Part shown: one piece after another, positions 12,449 through 25,989 of the stretch | Position numbering within the stretch: position 1 is the first letter of the stretch | Layout of the letters: each line of letters begins with the position of its first letter | The notes under the pieces: model-generated | Databases searched by the model: none | What the model saw: the letters and a program-made list of their open reading frames with translations, nothing else | Told to the model about the DNA's origin: nothing | Translations under genes and position numbers: made by a program | NCBI GenBank assembly: GCA_021613535.1 | Contig: CP075493.1 | Coordinates: 10,044,001 to 10,108,000 of the forward strand | Origin: Adineta vaga | Lineage: Eukaryota > Animalia > Rotifera | Direction: 5' to 3' | Length of the DNA: 64,000 bases

Positions 12449-15144
12449 TCAACGTCGTCTACGTGGTGACGCACTGTGTTTGCGTTTGTTTTGAGATTTC
12501 TACGGAGAAGAAGAAAAAAGCGGAATTTTGACGAAAAATTAGGTGACGACTTTTACTTTATCAATTAGAGCAGCATTTTCTTCACGTTCTGCTCGACGAC
12601 GTTCTGCTTGACGATCTCGTTCGATTATCTATAAAAAATAAAGAAAAGGAATTGAAAATGTATAGTTCAATCAAATCCTACTTGTTCTTCTGTTAATGGT
12701 AACCAATAGATTGATGGTTTTGACTTTGTCTTCCGAAAATAAGAATCTAAATCTCTTGCTGGCGTTTCATTAGTTCGTGCTAAATCAAACATTTTCATTT
12801 TATAATCGTTTCTAATGAAAATAACAAACCTTTATCAGTCTGCGTATCATTTTCTTCATCATCACTAATAAGAAATCCACTATGCATTCCTTCATTTGAT
12901 TTCGATTTCTCCGATCCTCGAACATCTGATCGAGAGTTTACTCCATTAGTTGAACTCGTGGATCGATTTAATGAGGATGCGTTCGCTTGCTGTTGCATCT
13001 GACGATCTAACGAATCTGTAAAAATAAAAATAAGAGTTAATCGAATGTCTGTGTCGTACTTACCAACAGACATTTGATCAGGTGGCAAATCATGAGTTTT
13101 GCTAAATTGAAGCTTAAAAGAAACAAAACAAACTGAATTGAATTATGTATGTTTTCTTCGAACAAGAAATTACTTCTTCATGTCGACCAAATCGAATAGA
13201 TAGTGTTTTCGGATTAGTTGACGGCCATCGACAACCATCAAGTGCTTCACGAGCAGTTTTTGCTTCTTCTAATGTTTTATACTAAATGATATGAAATACA
13301 ATATTTCGAAATTCTCAAAGAGAATCTATTTACGGTAACAAAACATTGACTTTTTATTTTATCCAACCAAAATTCTCCATCAACCAATGTTCCATAACGT
13401 TCAAGAAGTGTTTTTAATTGAAAAAGACTAAATGGTCGTGTTAGACCACGTATATAGAGAATTTCACTTGGTGGTTCATCGGTTGCAAGAGCATTCTTTA
13501 TTCGAACTGGTTCATCAGCTATGATAGCTAAAATAGCAAATAATAGAATACAAAGATTAACCAGAGATGTACTAATGAAAACGTACGAGTTGATATTGAA
13601 TTTTGTTTTTTCTTGATATTAACATCATCATTATTCCCCTATGAAGAAGAAAATCATTATTTGTATAATAAAGATATATTACATACAATAATATCCACAA
13701 CAACAGTTCGATTCAGTGTTTGTTTACCATCAGCTAAATCACCAATAGTCATAGAATCAGAATTATCAATAGTAGTTTCAAGTAATGCTCCATCAGATGA
13801 CTGTACGATATGATCATCATTGATTAAAGCATCAAGTTCAGCATTAGCAATCGATTCAGGTACCAAACTCAGATCAGAAATAAGTGTCTAATCAAATACA
13901 AAAAAGAACATATTTGATGTTTATCTTCTTATTCGAAAAAATATACTTTGAGAAGTTCAGATGTTAGATTAATTTTATTAGTCGTAGATCGATTTAAACT
14001 TTTAATAGATGATGTGACTTGAGAACGACTTGGTTTAAGTTCTTGGAATGTTGATCTTTCCGATTCATTGATTGTTGATGATAATTCATCTTCTTAAAAA
14101 GAAATATAAAATAATAAATCTTTAATTTTCGTCAATCAAACTATTGAATTAGTTTATTTAATTATTTGTTTGTAAGATAAGTAAAGTACTTGTACTCTCG
14201 AACTTATAAAAAGATATATGTTATTGATTTAGAATAACCTATTCAAATTGTTAAATTTAGCCATTCATTTGTTCTGATTACATCTACATATTGTGAAAGT
14301 ATAAACAAATATTTACTCTTTATAGTATCTTGTTCTTTGTTTGTCGTTGATAATGTACTTTGATCTCTTGAAATAAAACTTTATTCATGATAAGTACGTC
14401 CTTTTGTATACACTTACTTTATATTATCATTCGAAATAGGTTGATCTGTACTGGATGTTTCCTCAGTTGTTGTTGATACATCATTCTGTGGTTGTTGTTG
14501 TTGTTGTTCAGTAGGCAATGGAGTAATATGTTCAATAATAGTATTCGACTTAGCACTACTACTATCAATAGATGGTGCCTGTGATTTCTCTTCAATACTT
14601 TTGTCCATAGAAGAATTGATTTCGAGATTATTATCTTCAGTTGAACTAGTCACAACAGATTCTTGATTGTCTACCGTTTGTTCAGCTGGTGTTGTATTGA
14701 GAGTTTCATTAGTTCGTGAATCAACAGACGACTTTTTACTTCGTGTTCGTGTATTTTTTTCTGGTGTTGCCGGTATATTAGATTCTACATCAATTCGAGG
14801 AATTGAAATAATTGGTACAGAGGCTATATAAACATTTTGTGATATCGCTTGAGTATCAATCTAGAAGAATGTATCATACATCAAGGAATGTTTTCCATGT
14901 TGTAAAAGAGAAACTTTACTTGATCATTATTGGTTACACTTTCCGGTATTGCTGATGTTATATTCTGTGACAAACCAGTTGAATTATCTTGATATTCTTT
15001 TTGTAATGCAACACGTAATTTAGCTAGAAGATCTTTTTTAATTCCTGATGTTGAACATCCACGTTGTTTCAATTCTGCACGTAATTCAACATTTGTCATG
15101 GACTCGATTCGTGTTAATTGTTTTGTTAATTCATTTTCTGCCAT
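12449..15144 (-). CDS. ACIN1: Acinus-like (SAP domain, RRM, RSB motif) splicing/ASAP-complex protein, multi-exon
   Basis: N-terminal SAP domain [31 protein letters not shown]: [17 protein letters not shown]...[12 protein letters not shown]...[20 protein letters not shown] motif [24 protein letters not shown]. Ends SASPRRRR-stop. Confidence 0.9.
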
Positions 15145-15337
15145 CGTGTTCGTAGAACAAGATAGATTTAGGATAAGAGAGTGCAAGAGATCAAAATACA
15201 AGAGAATTATCTATGGAAAAAACACATTTTTCAATCGTTTGAAGAATTGCATTAGGTCATTTTTCTTTGTGGCAAAGAGTATTATAAATAAAAGTAAAAC
15301 AAAGAATTAATGACAAAAAAAGAGACAAAAAAATCTT

Positions 15338-15930
15338 TTAAATAGCTTTTGGTGGATTGTTGACGTTGACTTTTGATGTAGCAAATAATCGAAAATAAGC
15401 GATAGCTGCAATAACGATCACAAGTGGAATGAGGAATTTAATCCAGGACGAACCAGTATTATCCGAAGCACTGCCACTTGGATTGACAATCAAAGGACGA
15501 GTCTAAGAAGATGAAAAATATTTTAACTTCAGCTAGAATTATTCCATAAATTTTTCACCTTAACTTTTGTTTTAATATCATCCTAGAAGAAGAAAACTTT
15601 AAAGATATAGATTCGTCAATGAAAATACTTACTGGATGAATTTCACCGATTGCATAAGGCTTCATTTGCTCACGAGCATCCGTACTATGACCAACATCTT
15701 CGAATGCATTTGAAGCATCATGACCATGTTGTTCTTTTAAAACTTCTTCACCACCTGGATGCTATTGAAATAGACAATAACTATGATTTTTCTTCTTTTC
15801 TATCTTAACAAACCTCCTCAAGAAACTTTGTCACATCATAAACTTGATTATTTATAATCATTATACATTTACTTTTATCTTCAGCTAATTGTTTGACTTC
15901 AGCTAAAGTTAATACTTTTTTATTAGCCAT
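15338..15930 (-). CDS. CYB5: Cytochrome b5, tail-anchored (4 exons including a 24-nt micro-exon at 15559-15582)
   Basis: [10 protein letters not shown]|HPGGEEVL and [11 protein letters not shown] carry both heme-ligand histidines; C-terminal [20 protein letters not shown]. Confidence 0.96.
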
Positions 15931-17027
15931 AGTAGAATTAGATCTGCTAGAAAATAAATGAAAATTATGATTATCAAGGTGACAATACGTGGATGTAAAC
16001 TTGGTCAAAGATTACAATCAGCGTTCTTTTTCCTTTTTCTTTCTCGTACGAAAAATATTTCATTTCATTTCATACTACTCCATATCCATCCATATATAAC
16101 ATATTAGATGGATGCATGAAACGTACATCATTCATTGATATAAATAAACCAATGATTTCGTTTGTAAATGTAATCAATTTTAAAAAATGTATCTTTATGT
16201 TAATTAGAATTAATAAAAAAGTTTCTTCGATAGTTGATAATCGTAAATAACTATCAGAACAAAGTAAGAATGTTCAATAGATGTCACCTTTGAATGGATG
16301 AACAGTTTATTAGTTATTATAAAATAACTTTTTCTTTACTTCACTAAAATGTTTCGTTAATTTCAATAATGTTTTACTTGTCTAATCATTTTCCTTTCAA
16401 AGCATAACAATTTTACACTACAAAAGTGTTTCTTAACTTAAGTTAGAAACATTCTCTTTAATCAGTGATGAAATTAAACTCTGACATCGTGCTCCACTTT
16501 AGAACGTATTCTAATTCGTTTCACTGAAAAATAGAGAGCAGTCGTGATAGATTACTGATGAGAATTCTTGATTAATAGTTATATAAAATAACATGTATTT
16601 ATCCAAAAGAAAAAGAAAACAATGGTATTTTATCTATCTTGATGATCTTTGATGAACATATCAAAGTGTTTCTTTTCTATTCCATTGAAGTCTTCATAGT
16701 TGAATGAAATACTTTCAAGATGAATTATTTTTATTTTCAATTTATTCTCATCTGTATGATGGAATCATCAACAAAACTAATTCGTTCATTATGAAGAAAA
16801 GAAGAAGGAAATATAATTAGAAAAAAGTTACATGTACCTCCGTTTTTTTTCTAAGAAAGAAAAGCAGAAGAACAAAAAATGTAGTTTTCTATCTTTCTCC
16901 TTTTTTTCTTCATTACTCTCTTCTCTCGTTACTTTTGCTTCTTTTTTTTCTTATTAACTTAAAACAAAAGACAACTCTCATCCAACCAACTTCCTTCCTT
17001 ACTTTTTATTCTAATTAGAAAAATTAA

Positions 17028-17770
17028 ATGCAACATTCTAAACAAACAATTCAACTTTCAGAACACATCAAGAATAAACTTCGACAACAACAACAACAAC
17101 AACCAACTCCCTTAAGTCTTTCGTCTGATAATTTAACTCTTTCAGATAACTCTGACAACGATGATGGTAACATTCTTCGACTTTTTCATCTCTCTTATTT
17201 CTTTTTGTGAATTTAGTTTTCCTCTCTGCATCTTCTCCAGAAAAAACAACACTACGTCGACGAAGTAGTACTTTTGTTACCTATGAACTTCGGGCACCAT
17301 CGAAATCACAATCTCTTCATTCAGCACGAACAATCCCTTCAAAAATAAATTCTGCTTTTAAAACATCAAAAGCAACTTGTCAAGAATGTCATCGTCGAGA
17401 AAATCTTCTTCGAAATGAACATCAACGTCTCTTACATGTCTATAATGAAAATCGTAGATTAAATGAACAACTTCGATCAGTTGCACTTATTAATCATCAA
17501 TATCAAGAAGAAAATTCCAAATTAAAACTTCATTTAACTAAAGTAAATACACATCTGAAAGAATATCAAGTTAATTTTGATCTATTAAAACAACTAATGA
17601 TTGTCGACAAACATAATAAATCAAAATCGAATCTTCCAAATGGTGATGATCAATTGAAAAGACTTCGACATGAATTACATGCATATAATGAAATCGTTGC
17701 TGCAAAACAACAACAAGAAAAACAAGAAATTGATTATTATTCATATCGAAAATGGCCTCAAAATAAATAA
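17028..17770 (+). CDS. Uncharacterised coiled-coil protein (2 exons, intron ~17168-17216)
   Basis: ORFs 17028 and 17207 join in frame across a GT-AG intron. There is a CxxC (CQEC) followed by a heptad-rich region, and AATAAA downstream. Confidence 0.7.
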
Positions 17771-17965
17771 ACACAATCATGTGATGAGCATTTTTTTTAA
17801 CTGAAATATTTGTTCAATAAATCATTTTTCTCATTCAACAAAAGCAATTAGACATAAAAATACTTTTCGAAAAAACATTAACAAAGTCTTTGTGAGTCGT
17901 CTATATCACGAGAAATGAACATTCAAACCTCAATCATTTTATTAGTCCATTGTTTATCGTCTTGG

Positions 17966-20900
17966 TTATTCATTTGATTGAAGAACTTCTTTCAATAAAT
18001 CATCATCATCAGTTGATAATGAAGTTGTTGTTGTCATTCTTGTATGATGTACTATCGATGGCAAATCATCATATGAGACAGTACCATTTCCAGTTTTGTA
18101 CAATCGATATTCTAATTGATATTTGATTGTATTCAATTTCCTTTTATACTTTTCGGAACATTTTGTTAGTTCCTATAAAAAAAAAGAATATGTATATCGT
18201 ATGTATTATCAATCGATGATTGAAGATTTTTTATTACTGAACGTTCTTCTTCTTCGACTTGTTTGAGATTGATTGGAAAATTTGCTTCTAGTTCATCTTT
18301 TGTTTTTCCATACATTTCATTTAACTAAAATGAAAGAGAATTAATTATTTAGAGGAAGAAAAAACGATATATGATATTTTACTTTATGAATAGTTAATGC
18401 ACCACATTCGCTATTCATTCTCATACTTTTCTGTTCCAATAATGATCTTTTCGTTCTAAAATAATATAGATATTAACTTATTTGTTGTTCTTCAATATTT
18501 ACCGGTCTTTTTCTGTAGATTTAATAGCAGTTAATTCTTGTTTCTTTTGAAATCGAACATTATTATTTACTTGTGATATTTCTCTAAAGAAAACAGTTCA
18601 TCGTGAATAAAACTTCAATAACATTGTGATCTCATTTACTTTTCAAGAATTCTCTGAAGTTCACCGCATTGTTCATTATAATTAGCTTTGATTTTTCTTT
18701 TTATTTCACTATAAAACTAAAGTAGATCTGTAATAAAAGATAATTTAACAAACTAAACGAACTTTGATCAGACGTTCAGTTTCTGCACTTTCTTGTTGAC
18801 GAAATTTGTCAATATATATATTGAGTAAACATTGAGATGCATCACTGTCCTTCAAAACAAAAAAGAATTATTTATAATACAAGAATCCGACTACTAATAA
18901 TACGAACATTTCTATTCAACGTACTACTCGTCAGTTGAGATCGTTGACGACTCTCCGATTGAGTAGCATTGTATTCTACTAAATTCGTTTCTGCCTTTTG
19001 AATTTTCTAAGTAGAAAGACAAATATAAGAACGAGTTCATCGGAAAGAGACTTTGTCTCAATTCTGTATTCGATTTCTTTAAAATTTCGACACTCAAGAA
19101 ACGAAAATCCAATCGAGAACAAAAGCCTGCAAAGTTATGTTAGCCTAGTATTTTACATTACATAGCTATGGAGAATTATTTCATTTTTATAGAAACGAAA
19201 AAGTACATAGACTATTGCCGCAATGATAATTATCAACACATACCTTTTTGTAATCAGCTGAAATACTTCTTAATCTTCTATTAATAGCTTCATCTCGCTC
19301 CGATATCTTTTTCTGCTTATTATCATTTAATGAATATATTTTACATAATCTTTTCGTATCATTAAATTCACTACTGGCTAATACATGTTTTTGATACCAA
19401 TTTGTTTCTTCTAATGGAATTGCAAGATTTTCTTTTTTATCACTACGTAAAGAATTTGGATATCGTCGAACAACATTACTGAAAAAACCATCAGGATTTA
19501 TATTCGCATTTTCATTTGGTATCTTTGGTTTTTGTTTTTTAAGATTGAACTGAAATGTTTTTCGAACATATATAAATAAACTTGCGGAACGTACAGGAAT
19601 ATTGATTTCATTTCGTAAAACTACATGACGATATCCAGAACGTAGATGACTAACCGGTATAAAACATTGTCCAACAAGCGCACCATCGACTGAGGTAACA
19701 TCAAAACGTATCGCAGCCATTTCCGGTAGAATAATCTTAGTAAATTGAATAGGATATTTTTGCGAATGAACATCTGAATTCGTATCATAGATAGCTTGAA
19801 AGCCATTCCATAGTTCCGCACGTAGATGATATTCTTGTTGTTTTGTTGAACTACCATACGTTCCATATATACGAATATTAACAACTGGTGGTTCATGATT
19901 TTGACATAAGAATTGCCCCGAGAGTACTTTGAGATCAATATCATAGCTAAAAACATCTTCACTATTATTTTGAATCCGAGGATCAAATAGACCATATGGT
20001 TCACATAATTTTGCTGGTTTTTCAATGTAACCACAAGCATTATTGAATGAAAAGATACCGAGATTAATTTGCATATTAACATCTAAAAGAAAAGATTTAT
20101 ATTGATTAAAATATCTTTCATTGATGGATATTATTTGTCGTACCTAATGTTTGATAATTTAATGCAACTAATTGACATCCAATCGGCCAATATAGATATG
20201 GATCGAAATTATTCGAATCGAAGCGCATACCACGTGGATATATTCGACTAAATTGACGTTGATTGTATTCCAGAAAGTCTCGAGCACGATCGCGTATGAG
20301 ACTAGTTGCTTGATCTTCGGAAAAAGATGACATTTCATAACTTCTATTAAGTCCACGAGCGTGAACAAATGTTTTAAATGGTACAGGCACTGTATAGATT
20401 ACCAGATGAGACATTTCTTTTGTTGCTCGAGATTCTGGAAGAGTTTCAGTAGCAGATGATATAATTCCGTCTAATTCCATTTGACTAATTCCTGCACCTT
20501 CATATGATAGATTTTCATCATCCAAAACCATTCCATAACGCCGATTTAATTCAGTCAGGTGAACAGTTTGTAATGAATCTGCTGATGATGATTTTGAATA
20601 TGGTGAATGAACGGATGATGGCAAAGTTTTAGTTTTCTGTGTACTTGGATCACTATTACTAACTGCTATAATTGAACGTGTATTTGGATTGTTTACTTTC
20701 GTTGTTGTTGTTGTTGTTGATTGAGAAGGAAGTTTTTTATTTTTAATTAAAATTTTATATCGGAGATCGTTAGGACTTGGTAATGGATAATTTGCTTCAC
20801 AAGGATGGGACGGAAGTGATTCAGTTAGAAGTTGATCACCGAAAAATTCAATAAAAATCTTTGCCATTGCAGCTTGAGCTCGAGGACTAGGTGAAGAAGA

Positions 20901-22751
20901 GAAAAAGACGATTGCATACAATCTATCATTTACATTTACTTGCAATGGTTTTCAATAGAAAGTATCAATGGATATGGAGAAACTTTAAAAGCATAATCTC
21001 GAATAGCAGCGACCACATCAGTTAGAGGAACAGGTTTCACACGTGTATAGATATGTTTTATTTCAGGAATATCACTTTTATCGTCGGAATCGACAACATC
21101 TAATTCAATACAACGACATCCAGCTAATAAAACTTGTCGATACATTTCCACACTAGCCCGGCCGCTCCATTGTACTCCTGAAGAGAAAGGACAGATTCAA
21201 ATAAAACGATAAAATCGATGAACCAACCTGTCAGATATGTATTATGAGATGAAGCAATAAAATAATGTGTTAAAGGTTTATTCATATCCATGAAAAGATC
21301 AAATTTAGCTGGATCAACAATAAAATTATCAAAACTGAGTAAATATCGAAGAAAACCTTCTTTTGACATTTCTTTATAAATTTCCAAATAGAAACATAAA
21401 ATAAATCCGAAAAAAATTCATAATTACTTTTTTTATCGAACTTTTCATCCGACTGTGCATATTTGTTAATTAGATCTTTCGCTTTTTCTTCACACAATTC
21501 CATTTCAAAAGGTCCATCAATATCATCATTTTGTTTTTTCATAAATTCATTTAGATCTTCCCAACTAAGACACTCTTGGGATTTCTCATCGCTAGAACGA
21601 AATATGATATTATCATTCTATAAAGCATTCCAAACTACTTGAAATTGGAAGATATTAGAAGAAGAAAGAACACTTTCAATCAGATTTTAATAAACTCGAA
21701 CGAATTCTTACACTGTCTCGAACAATGTATCGATTTCTTGACGATCCATTAAGTACATGTAAAAACGAAAAAACATATCGAAATTAAATTGAGCTTTATC
21801 GATATTTGATTTCTAAAAAAGTTCATTTGTAATTGAATAAATCAATTGATAGATTTTTGTTACATACAACAGTATGTGGAAGTTTTAATGCTTCCAATGC
21901 TCCACAGATTCTTCGTTCTCTTGAATTATCACGATGATTTTCAGATAAAAATTGAATTAAACTAAAAGAAATAAATGTCAAAACACTCGTAAGAGAGAGA
22001 AAGAGATTAAATACCCTCGAACAGGAATTATTCCTTTGTCACGATCCAATAATTCATGATAAATTTTCGAATGAATTTTTTCTAAACAATCTAAACTCGA
22101 TAGATTTCTTAATAATTGATTATGTCCGTATTGAAATAATCGTCCGGCCCATTCCTTAACAGACAAAAAATACTAGTCAAATAAATTATTCAATCGTTCA
22201 TACAGAGGCGGTAGTCGAATATTGAAAAGCAAAATGAATAATACGAAAATTTTGCGTAGGTACAAATGTATTTCCATAATAAATAGTAAGCCATCTCGAA
22301 GTAAGTATTCCGCCATATTGCAGTTCAGGACAATCTTCTGCATCCTAAGAAATGAATAAATGTATCGAATTTTCATCAATGAAATTAAATTTACCGGTGG
22401 AAGTGTTACTTGTTTACCAGTTCGAGCATCATGAATCAATGCTAGATCGAAACATTCAGTTTTCTTCGAAGAACAAATCAATTACAATTATTACAAATAT
22501 AGGTTTTCAAAGACATACTTTCGTGTGTTTATTAAGACAAATCAAGTAAAATCCTTTGACATCGATGGATAAATCAACGAAATCAGGTTTCTAAACATAA
22601 AATATTCGAATTATTGTGGAAATATGGATTGATTAATCACCCCAGGTCTTCTGTTGTCTTCTGGCCATTTGAATATGAATTTATCATCCTGTCGACAAGT
22701 TGAAATCTGATTCAGTTTTAGTGAAGAAACATGATTTGATGGTTGACTCAT
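17966..22751 (-). CDS. PLCB: Phosphoinositide phospholipase C, beta-type (PH, EF, X, Y, C2, C-terminal coiled coil), multi-exon
   Basis: X box: [43 protein letters not shown] box: [36 protein letters not shown]2: [12 protein letters not shown]. The long helical C-terminus indicates the beta class. The start MSQPSNH at 22751 is inferred. Confidence 0.92.
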
Positions 22752-22881
22752 TGATCATAAAAGAAGGTTTGTTTCGAGAATATTTTATATATCGAAAAAT
22801 GTGTTTATTTCGACCTTTTTGAGAGATGATAGGATGAGTTGTAGTCCTCAACAAGACACTTTTTTCTTTCAATTGTTACTA

Positions 22882-22906
22882 CTGTTCTGTTCTGTTCTGT
22901 TCTGTT
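22882..22906. repeat. (CTGTT)5 microsatellite upstream of PLC
   Basis: Five tandem ctgtt units. Confidence 0.85.
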
Positions 22907-24003
22907 GATAAACTTTCTTCCGTTTTTTTTTCTTTTTTTTTTGTTCTTATTTGTTTTTTGTATTTGTACACGAATAAATGAAAGTGAGTAAAACGAAAAA
23001 GAAGAAGAAGAAGAAGAAGAAGACGGCGATGATGCTGAATGAAAGAAAAAAATGGAGTTCTGTCAATAACATACCGACGAATGATTCAATAGTTTTTAGA
23101 TGACGAATTCGATGGCGCTTCGAGTTGATTAAGCTACAATCGATGATGTTGCTTAGGGTTGTTCATTTTAGTCAGCTATTTTCAACTTTAATCTTTTCAC
23201 TATGAATATACTATGCACAACATCTTTTGTGTTTTGCTCATGAGTAACTATTTTATATTGTACTATACTTGAAGAAATTTATCAGTAAGATGATCTGCTC
23301 TTACGCAGCTTATGAGAATAGCAAAGTCATAAACTTCTAATGAGAAAGTATAATTGAATTCGTAAAACTGAGAATCGTCGTAAAGCTAAAAGATACTGGA
23401 CTTTTGATTTGAATTTGAAGAAATAGAAAGAAATTCAATTCAGTTTTCGACCAATGGAAGAAAACTACTTTACTTCGGTAAGTGTCAAAAACGATTTGTC
23501 ATCTGTATGTCTTCAGTAGTATGGGAAGCATAGAATAGATGTAAATAAGACAGCTGTTTGCATTTATACTCGACTTCTATTTCATAATATGTTCGGCACT
23601 CTCTTCAGATAAATCAGATTCATGTTTAAATATATTGTGTTTTTTATGCATTCTTCTCCTTTAAACATCATCATGAAACTTCATAGAAAAAGAAACAGAA
23701 GTTTAAGAGATTTGTAAAACAAAGAAAAAAAAACAAAAAACTCAGAGGCACAAATTGAAAAGAGAAAGAAGTGAACAAACAACAACATCAAAAAACAAGA
23801 AAAAAAAGTAAACGATCCGTTCAATACCACAGACAATACTCTTGTCTTACATTCAAATGTATGTATCTTTGCTTGCTTTGGTAAATTTGCAAAAGAGAAA
23901 GAAGAAGAAAAAGAAGACGAAGAAGAAATTTATCATTTGACAATGGCGAAAAATAAATAAATAAATAAGAAATAGATGCACAACAAATAGATACGAATAG
24001 AGG

Positions 24004-25448
24004 TCATGCTGTCGTGATGATATCAACGGTATTAATTCCATTATGAGAATAGAAAAATGTTTGTCCATTGCTAGATGACGAATGATGATGTTGATGATGA
24101 TGATGATGATGATGATAAATAAAATAATCATCATTTGTATGAGTATTATTATTAGTATCAACAAGATGTTTAGCCATTGTTGTGGAAGATGTTGATGAAC
24201 AACAACAATCATTTGATAGAGAGGAAGAAGATGAAGAAGAAAAGGAAGACGAAAGTGTATTGTCACTTAAATCCAGATAATCACCACCACCCTGTAATGA
24301 TACATCAACATCATCATCATCTGATGTTGAAACAACAGGTACTGCAAAAGTTGATTGAGCAAGCCAGTATGCATCAGTCGTTGATGGATGATACATTGAT
24401 GAAGATGTTCTCAAATCATTGACTGACAATAATACTTTATCCGAATCATATGTCGATGAATGAGAAGATGAAGGAGAAGCAGAAGCAGAAGAATACTGTT
24501 GATTAATGGTTTCAATTTCATCATTTACTAATGTTGATGATAATGGAGACATATAAAGACTATCTGATGATGATGAACGATATGTTGTTCGATGAGATTG
24601 ATAATACTGTACATGTTCTTGTTCTTGTTCTTGTTGTCTTAGTGGAGGAGTTTTAGTAAACGTTTTTTCCAATCGTTTGATTAGATTACATATCAATAGA
24701 CTAACTTGCAATTTCGGTTTTTTCACACCACGTAATTTTCGATAAGATTCAACGAGTACAGAACGTTTTTGTTCATCATCATGCATTGATGAATATGTAC
24801 AACGACGTTTCACTATCGGTGTACAATAAGATGGTTGAATTGTATCGCTATGACGTCGTTGAATTATAGTACAAGGTGATGATGTTGTTGTAGTTGTTCT
24901 TGAATTTACATGGTGTGATTCATCATCACTCATTACTTCATCGTCACCAGAACTACCATCGTCATCATCATCCTCATCTTCGTCTTCGTCTTCATCATCA
25001 TCATTATCATCATCATCAGATTCATCGCCATTCACATAATTGAACGATGTTGACATGTGATCAAGTATTGGTTTAGAAGAAGTATCATCATCTTCATAGT
25101 CTAAAAATAAAACAAGAAACATGAATAAGTAAACTGTATTATTGAACTCAATAACTATACTTAAAATGCAGAAAAAAACACTGTAATTTCAGTTAACGTA
25201 AAAATCTTATGAATATCGATTCTTTTTCTTCAATTCATCTTATTATTAAATGTTAGTAATAAAAATTCCAATAATTAATACAAACCTGATAGTTTTCGTT
25301 TGACACTCGTGTATGATCTAAGTTCATTATCTTGATTATGTTCGGGATAAAACTGTGCATCCATATTTGTCGATTGATTTGAAGAAAGTATTGATGTTGT
25401 TGTTGATGAAGGTAATGATTTATACAAGGAAAGATTGTCGCACATCAT
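24004..25448 (-). CDS. SERTA-domain transcriptional co-regulator (CDCA4/SERTAD/Taranis-like), exons 25448-25286 and 25100-24004
   Basis: QKRSVLVESYRKLRGVKKPKLQVSLLICNLIKRLE resembles the SERTA consensus. It also has an N-terminal VKRK motif, a long acidic tract and a poly-His tail. The phase-1 intron joins G|AC. Confidence 0.7.
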
Positions 25449-25989
25449 CAATTGATCACTAAAATATTAAAACATTACTAAGTACATATTTATCATTTCA
25501 CGTGTTTTGAAATCAATATTTCTCTTCTCCTTCCTATTGTCATTCTTTTTGATTAAACATACATGTACTCATTCACTTGTTTGACAATCAGCTGTTTTTT
25601 TTACGATCCCTCCTCCCTCTTCATATGCAATCAAGACACCTTTAAGAAGAAGAAGAAGGAGATGTAAGACAACACTCAATGAATGGTGTGTACTACAATT
25701 GTTTTTTTTGAATACTTGCCAAACACATGTCAAAGAACCACAAAAAAAGGTGTTCTATTCTTTCATATACAATAAACAGGAAAAGAGATTCACTTACATA
25801 GTATCCAACAAATTATTCTATAGAAATCTATATAACATTGTTGGTTTATTTTAATGCACAATTTTGATTGATATTGTTCATAGAAAAATAGTTCGAGTAA
25901 CTTATCTATAATATATATATATATATATTCAAATGGTTGTGATAATAAGAACATATATTAGCGAATTTGTATCTATGTGGGTGGATGGG

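Noticed and set aside
23853-24422. Alternative-frame and antisense ORFs over the SERTA gene
   Set aside because: They are shadows of trinucleotide-rich coding sequence (poly-His/Ser/Asp).
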